A program made the translations under genes and the position numbers. From an uncultured Chloroflexia bacterium (GTDB lineage: Bacteria > Chloroflexota > Anaerolineae > B4-G1 > SLSP01), in assembly GCA_963751345.1 (NCBI GenBank), contig CAVVUS010000039.1:1-28814 (forward strand): a stretch of DNA of 28,814 nucleotides, read 5' to 3'. Below, piece by piece: positions 25,517 to 28,814 of the stretch (positions are counted from its first letter, which is position 1; the number at the start of each line of letters is the position of its first letter). The notes below the pieces were generated by a model that was not told the DNA's origin, made no database searches, and saw only the letters and a list, made by a program, of their open reading frames with translations.

Positions 25517-28126
25517 ATGGATGTGACACCCGGATCCGGGCACGGCGACAACTCGGCGGACGAGCGACTGGCGGCCCGCTTCTCAGCGAATGCCCTGGAA
25601 GTCTTGACACGTCGCTATCTGCGCAAGGACAAGGACGGCAACCCGGTCGAGACGATTGCCGGCATGTTCTCGCGGATCGCTCACCACATCGCCGAGGTCG
25701 AGGCAGGCTGGGACGGCGACGCGGAGCAGGCCGAGCAGCTCTTCTACGATCTGCTCACGGACCTGCGCTTCGTGCCGAACTCGCCAACCTTCACCGGCGC
25801 GGGCACCCCCTTGGGCCAGCTCGCGGCCTGCTTCGTATTGCCGATCGAGGACGACATGGGCCGGGACCCGGGTGGCATCTTCCAATCGCTACGCGACGCG
25901 GCCCTGATCCAGCAGACCGGCGGCGGCAACGGATTCAGCTTCTCCCGCCTACGCCCGAAGAACAGCCTGGTCGTCTCCAGTATGGGCAGGGCGACCGGCC
26001 CGATCGGGTTTCTCCGCGTCTATGACAAGGCATTCGGCGAGATCGCCCAGGGAGGCACCCGGCGCGGCGCGAATATGGCCGTCCTGCGGGTCGACCATCC
26101 CGATATCGAGGCGTTCATCACCTGCAAGACGTCCGAGGACGCCATCACCAACTTCAACATCTCCGTTGGCATGCTGGACGCCTTCCTGGAGGCCGTCGAA
26201 GCCGACGAACCCTGGGAGCTCCGCTTCCCCGATATCAACGCCCCCGCCTATCGCGACTTCCGCGGCGGTCTTGAGGCCGCCGTCGAGGCAGGCATCCCCC
26301 TCAAGAGCTACGGCAAGGTCTCCGCCCGTGAACTCTTCCGGAGCATCGCCCGCCAGGCCTGGGCCAATGGTGAGCCCGGTATGCTCTTCCTCGATACAGC
26401 GCAAGAGGATCATCCGCTACCGGCGCTGGGACGCTACGAGAGCACGAATCCCTGTGGAGAGCAGTTCCTGATGCCGTATGAGAACTGCTGTCTCGGCTCC
26501 ATCAACTTGGTGGAGCACCTCACGACGCTTGGGGACGGCACGCCGGCCATCGATTGGGACCGTATGGCGGAGACGGCCCGGCTTGCCGTGCGCTTCCTGG
26601 ATGACGTGGTCACCGCGAATGCCTACGTGCCCGCGGTCCCGCAGCTCGAGGAAGCCGCGCACCGCGCACGGCGCATCGGTCTGGGGCTGATGGGGCTGGC
26701 GGACCTGCTCTACCACCTCCGCATCCGCTACGGCAGCCTCCAGGCCCAAAAGATCTCGGCCCAGATCATGGAATACATCCGCTACCACGCGATGCTGGCC
26801 AGCATCGAGCTGGCCCAGGAACGCGGCCCTTTCCTCGCCATCACGGGTAGCGCCTATGATCCTGAGGCGTTGACGTGGCGACCCCGCCCGTGGCCCGAGT
26901 GGCTTGGCGGCGCCCCTACCCAGGAGTGGAATCGGCCCGCCCTGGACTGGGACCGTGTGCTGACCGGCATTGCAGAACACGGCATCCGCAACTCCACACA
27001 ACTGACGATCGCCCCCACGGGCACCATCGCGACCGTGGCCGGCATCGAGGGATATGGCTGCGAGCCCGCTTTTGCCCTGGCCTATACGCGCTACGTCCAC
27101 GAGGCGGACGCGGACATACCTCTGCGCTACGTCAGCCCCAGTTTCGAGGCCGCCCTACGCGAGACCGGTATGAGTGAGGGCACCCTCGATGAGGTGCTCG
27201 AACGCGTGCAGCTCACCGGAAGCTGTCGGGGCATCGCCGAGGTGCCTGAGGCCATCCGCGACGTCTTCGTCGTCTCGAGCGACATCGAGGTCGAGGGTCA
27301 TATCCGGATGCAGGCGGCGCTCCAGCTCTTTGTCGACGCCAGCATCAGCAAGACGGTGAACTTCCCCGCCGACGCCACACCCGAGGATGTGGCCGACGCT
27401 TTCATGCTGGCCTGGCATCTCGGCTGCAAGGGACTCACCGTCTACGTCGCGGGCTCGCGAGAGAAGGAGGTCCTGGAGACCGAAGCCACGCGCCGGCAGA
27501 AGACCGGCGACGCCGTGGAGGCCGAAGAGGTCGAGATCGCATCGCTGGCCAACGCCATACAGCTCGCCGCGCCCGAACCCGTCCTGGCCGAGGCCCACGC
27601 CTACGCGCCCATCCGCCCGCGGCCGAAGTCGCTCATCGGCGTGACGTACCAGGCACAGACGCCTCTGGGCACCGCCTACGTCACCATCAACACCAACGGC
27701 GAAGACCAGCCCTTTGAGGTCTTCCTCAACGTCGGGAAAGCCGGCTCCGACACCGCAGCCGTGGCGGAGGCCATCGGACGCCTGATCTCGTTGGCCCTGA
27801 GACTGCCCTCGCCCATGGCACCCCGCGACCGGCTGGCGCAGATTGTCGAACAGCTCAGCGGCATCGGCGGACGCCGGCCGATGGGCTTCGGGCACAACCG
27901 CGTGCTCAGCCTGCCTGACGGCGTCGCCAACGTCCTCGAAGAGTACATCAAAGAGACCGAGGAGACGGAGGATGAGCGCGCTCAGAGGCAGGCGCACCAC
28001 GAACTCACCCAGCCCAGCCTCGCCCTCTTCCAGGTCGGTGACCTCTGCCCCGCCTGCGGCCAGGCCGCCCTGGTCAACACGGAGGGCTGTCGCCGGTGCT
28101 ACGCTTGCGGCCACAGCGAGTGCTGA
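25517..28126 (+). CDS. nrdJ: class II adenosylcobalamin-dependent ribonucleotide reductase with TSCPD domain and Zn ribbon
   Basis: GAGGAGG before ATG 25517; NALEVL.RRYL, PNSPT, QLAACFV, GGTRRGANM, TNPCGEQ, IAPTGT, SISKTVN, LGCKGLTVY; TPLGTAYVTIN...PFEVF; CPACG...EGC..CYACGHSEC; no beta-subunit gene nearby. Confidence 0.95.
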   Translation: MDVTPGSGHGDNSADERLAARFSANALEVLTRRYLRKDKDGNPVETIAGMFSRIAHHIAEVEAGWDGDAEQAEQLFYDLLTDLRFVPNSPTFTGAGTPLGQLAACFVLPIEDDMGRDPGGIFQSLRDAALIQQTGGGNGFSFSRLRPKNSLVVSSMGRATGPIGFLRVYDKAFGEIAQGGTRRGANMAVLRVDHPDIEAFITCKTSEDAITNFNISVGMLDAFLEAVEADEPWELRFPDINAPAYRDFRGGLEAAVEAGIPLKSYGKVSARELFRSIARQAWANGEPGMLFLDTAQEDHPLPALGRYESTNPCGEQFLMPYENCCLGSINLVEHLTTLGDGTPAIDWDRMAETARLAVRFLDDVVTANAYVPAVPQLEEAAHRARRIGLGLMGLADLLYHLRIRYGSLQAQKISAQIMEYIRYHAMLASIELAQERGPFLAITGSAYDPEALTWRPRPWPEWLGGAPTQEWNRPALDWDRVLTGIAEHGIRNSTQLTIAPTGTIATVAGIEGYGCEPAFALAYTRYVHEADADIPLRYVSPSFEAALRETGMSEGTLDEVLERVQLTGSCRGIAEVPEAIRDVFVVSSDIEVEGHIRMQAALQLFVDASISKTVNFPADATPEDVADAFMLAWHLGCKGLTVYVAGSREKEVLETEATRRQKTGDAVEAEEVEIASLANAIQLAAPEPVLAEAHAYAPIRPRPKSLIGVTYQAQTPLGTAYVTINTNGEDQPFEVFLNVGKAGSDTAAVAEAIGRLISLALRLPSPMAPRDRLAQIVEQLSGIGGRRPMGFGHNRVLSLPDGVANVLEEYIKETEETEDERAQRQAHHELTQPSLALFQVGDLCPACGQAALVNTEGCRRCYACGHSEC

Positions 28127-28221
28127 CGCACCGTTCGCCGACGCCGTGTGCTATCTCGGTCCGTGCCATGTCCGGCCACCCGTGCCCCGCGCGAGGTTCG
28201 CGCCGGATCGGTGACAACGTA

Positions 28222-28254
28222 GAAGCGGGGAGCCGACTATCGGCTCCCCGCTTC
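28222..28254. terminator. long hairpin between convergent nrdJ and greA
   Basis: GAAGCGGGGAGCCGA-CTA-TCGGCTCCCCGCTTC perfect 15-bp stem; no U tract. Confidence 0.7.
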
Positions 28255-28283
28255 GCTGTCCTGCAAGCCCCGGACGCGCCGAT

Positions 28284-28752
28284 TCAGGATACGTCAACGA
28301 TCTCGAAATGGATTGTCCCGCCGGTGCACGCACCGCCACCCGTCGCCGACTTTCCGGCCTAGCAGTGCCTTGCCCAACGGCGATTCGTTCGAAATCCGCC
28401 CCTTCGCAGGGTCTGCCTCCGTGGCACCGACGAGGTAGTACGTCTCCTCGTCGTATCCCTCCTCGAGCACCGTCACCTCACTCCCCAGCCGCACGCGCCC
28501 ATCGTCACTCGTGCTCTTCTCGATCAGGACCGCGTTGCGCAGGAGTTGCTGAACCTCGAGAATACGCCCTTCCATGAAGGCCTGCTCCTCTTTGGCCGCC
28601 TGGTAATCCGCGTTCTCCGAAAGGTCGCCCTGTTTGATAGCAAAATGCAGGCGCTCAGCCAGCGCCGGGCGCCTCACCTTCACCAGGTCGTCCAACTCCC
28701 GTTCCAGCTCGGCCTTACCCTCAGGTGTGAGATACGAAATGTCGTTATCCAT
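28284..28752 (-). CDS. greA: transcription elongation factor GreA (frameshifts near the 3' end)
   Basis: LTPEG, GDLSENADYQAAKEEQ, EADP..GRISNESPLGKALLG. The tail VAVRAPAG / IHFEIVDVS-stop (28284) lies in shifted frames; the ORF track stops at 28294. Confidence 0.95.
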
Positions 28753-28776
28753 GGCCTCTCCTTAGACTGACCTGAG

Positions 28777-28804
28777 ATTCTACCACAGCGCGGCCCACCG
28801 ACAA
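28777..28804 (-). promoter_or_regulatory. promoter for greA
   Basis: TTGTCG (28804-28799)-N16-TAGAAT (28782-28777) with an extended TG. Confidence 0.6.
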
Positions 28805-28814
28805 CAGCCGCCCG

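Noticed and set aside
25424-28126. Intein or intron in nrdJ; cobalamin riboswitch upstream
   Set aside because: RNR motifs are contiguous with no splice-junction motifs or homing endonuclease; the 114-bp spacer lacks B12-box features.

Overview
High-GC bacterial chromosomal segment, most likely Chloroflexota (inferred from a sortase plus Pro/Thr-rich linkers, archease-rtcB and nrdR-nrdJ). It is gene-dense, with no rRNA, tRNA, transposase or cas gene that I can see. Gene order: M3 oligoendopeptidase; ychF-HisKA_3 kinase-membrane protein; a minus-strand GT2-WcaJ-methyltransferase-sortase unit; a PLP aminotransferase; a minus-strand yajC-PP2C phosphatase-(P-loop kinase::MobB fusion)-archease-rtcB unit; two paralogous cytoplasmic kinases sharing one OmpR-type regulator, followed by two small genes; a hairpin tandem repeat; a double-thioredoxin-fold lipoprotein and a methyltransferase; a Wzz-like gene; a glutaredoxin divergent from nrdR-nrdJ; greA. 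Many conserved genes carry single-base frameshifts that look like long-read consensus errors, so several ORF-track boundaries are wrong and are corrected here. Best leads: (1) a GTTC-anchored, TGT-loop hairpin repeat family at convergent gene junctions, with a compensatory stem change; (2) the rtcB-archease operon carrying a phosphatase and a kinase-MobB fusion; (3) 8 of 10 candidate sigma70-type promoters with a 16-bp rather than 17-bp spacer. All family calls come from motif recognition by eye; no database searches were run.
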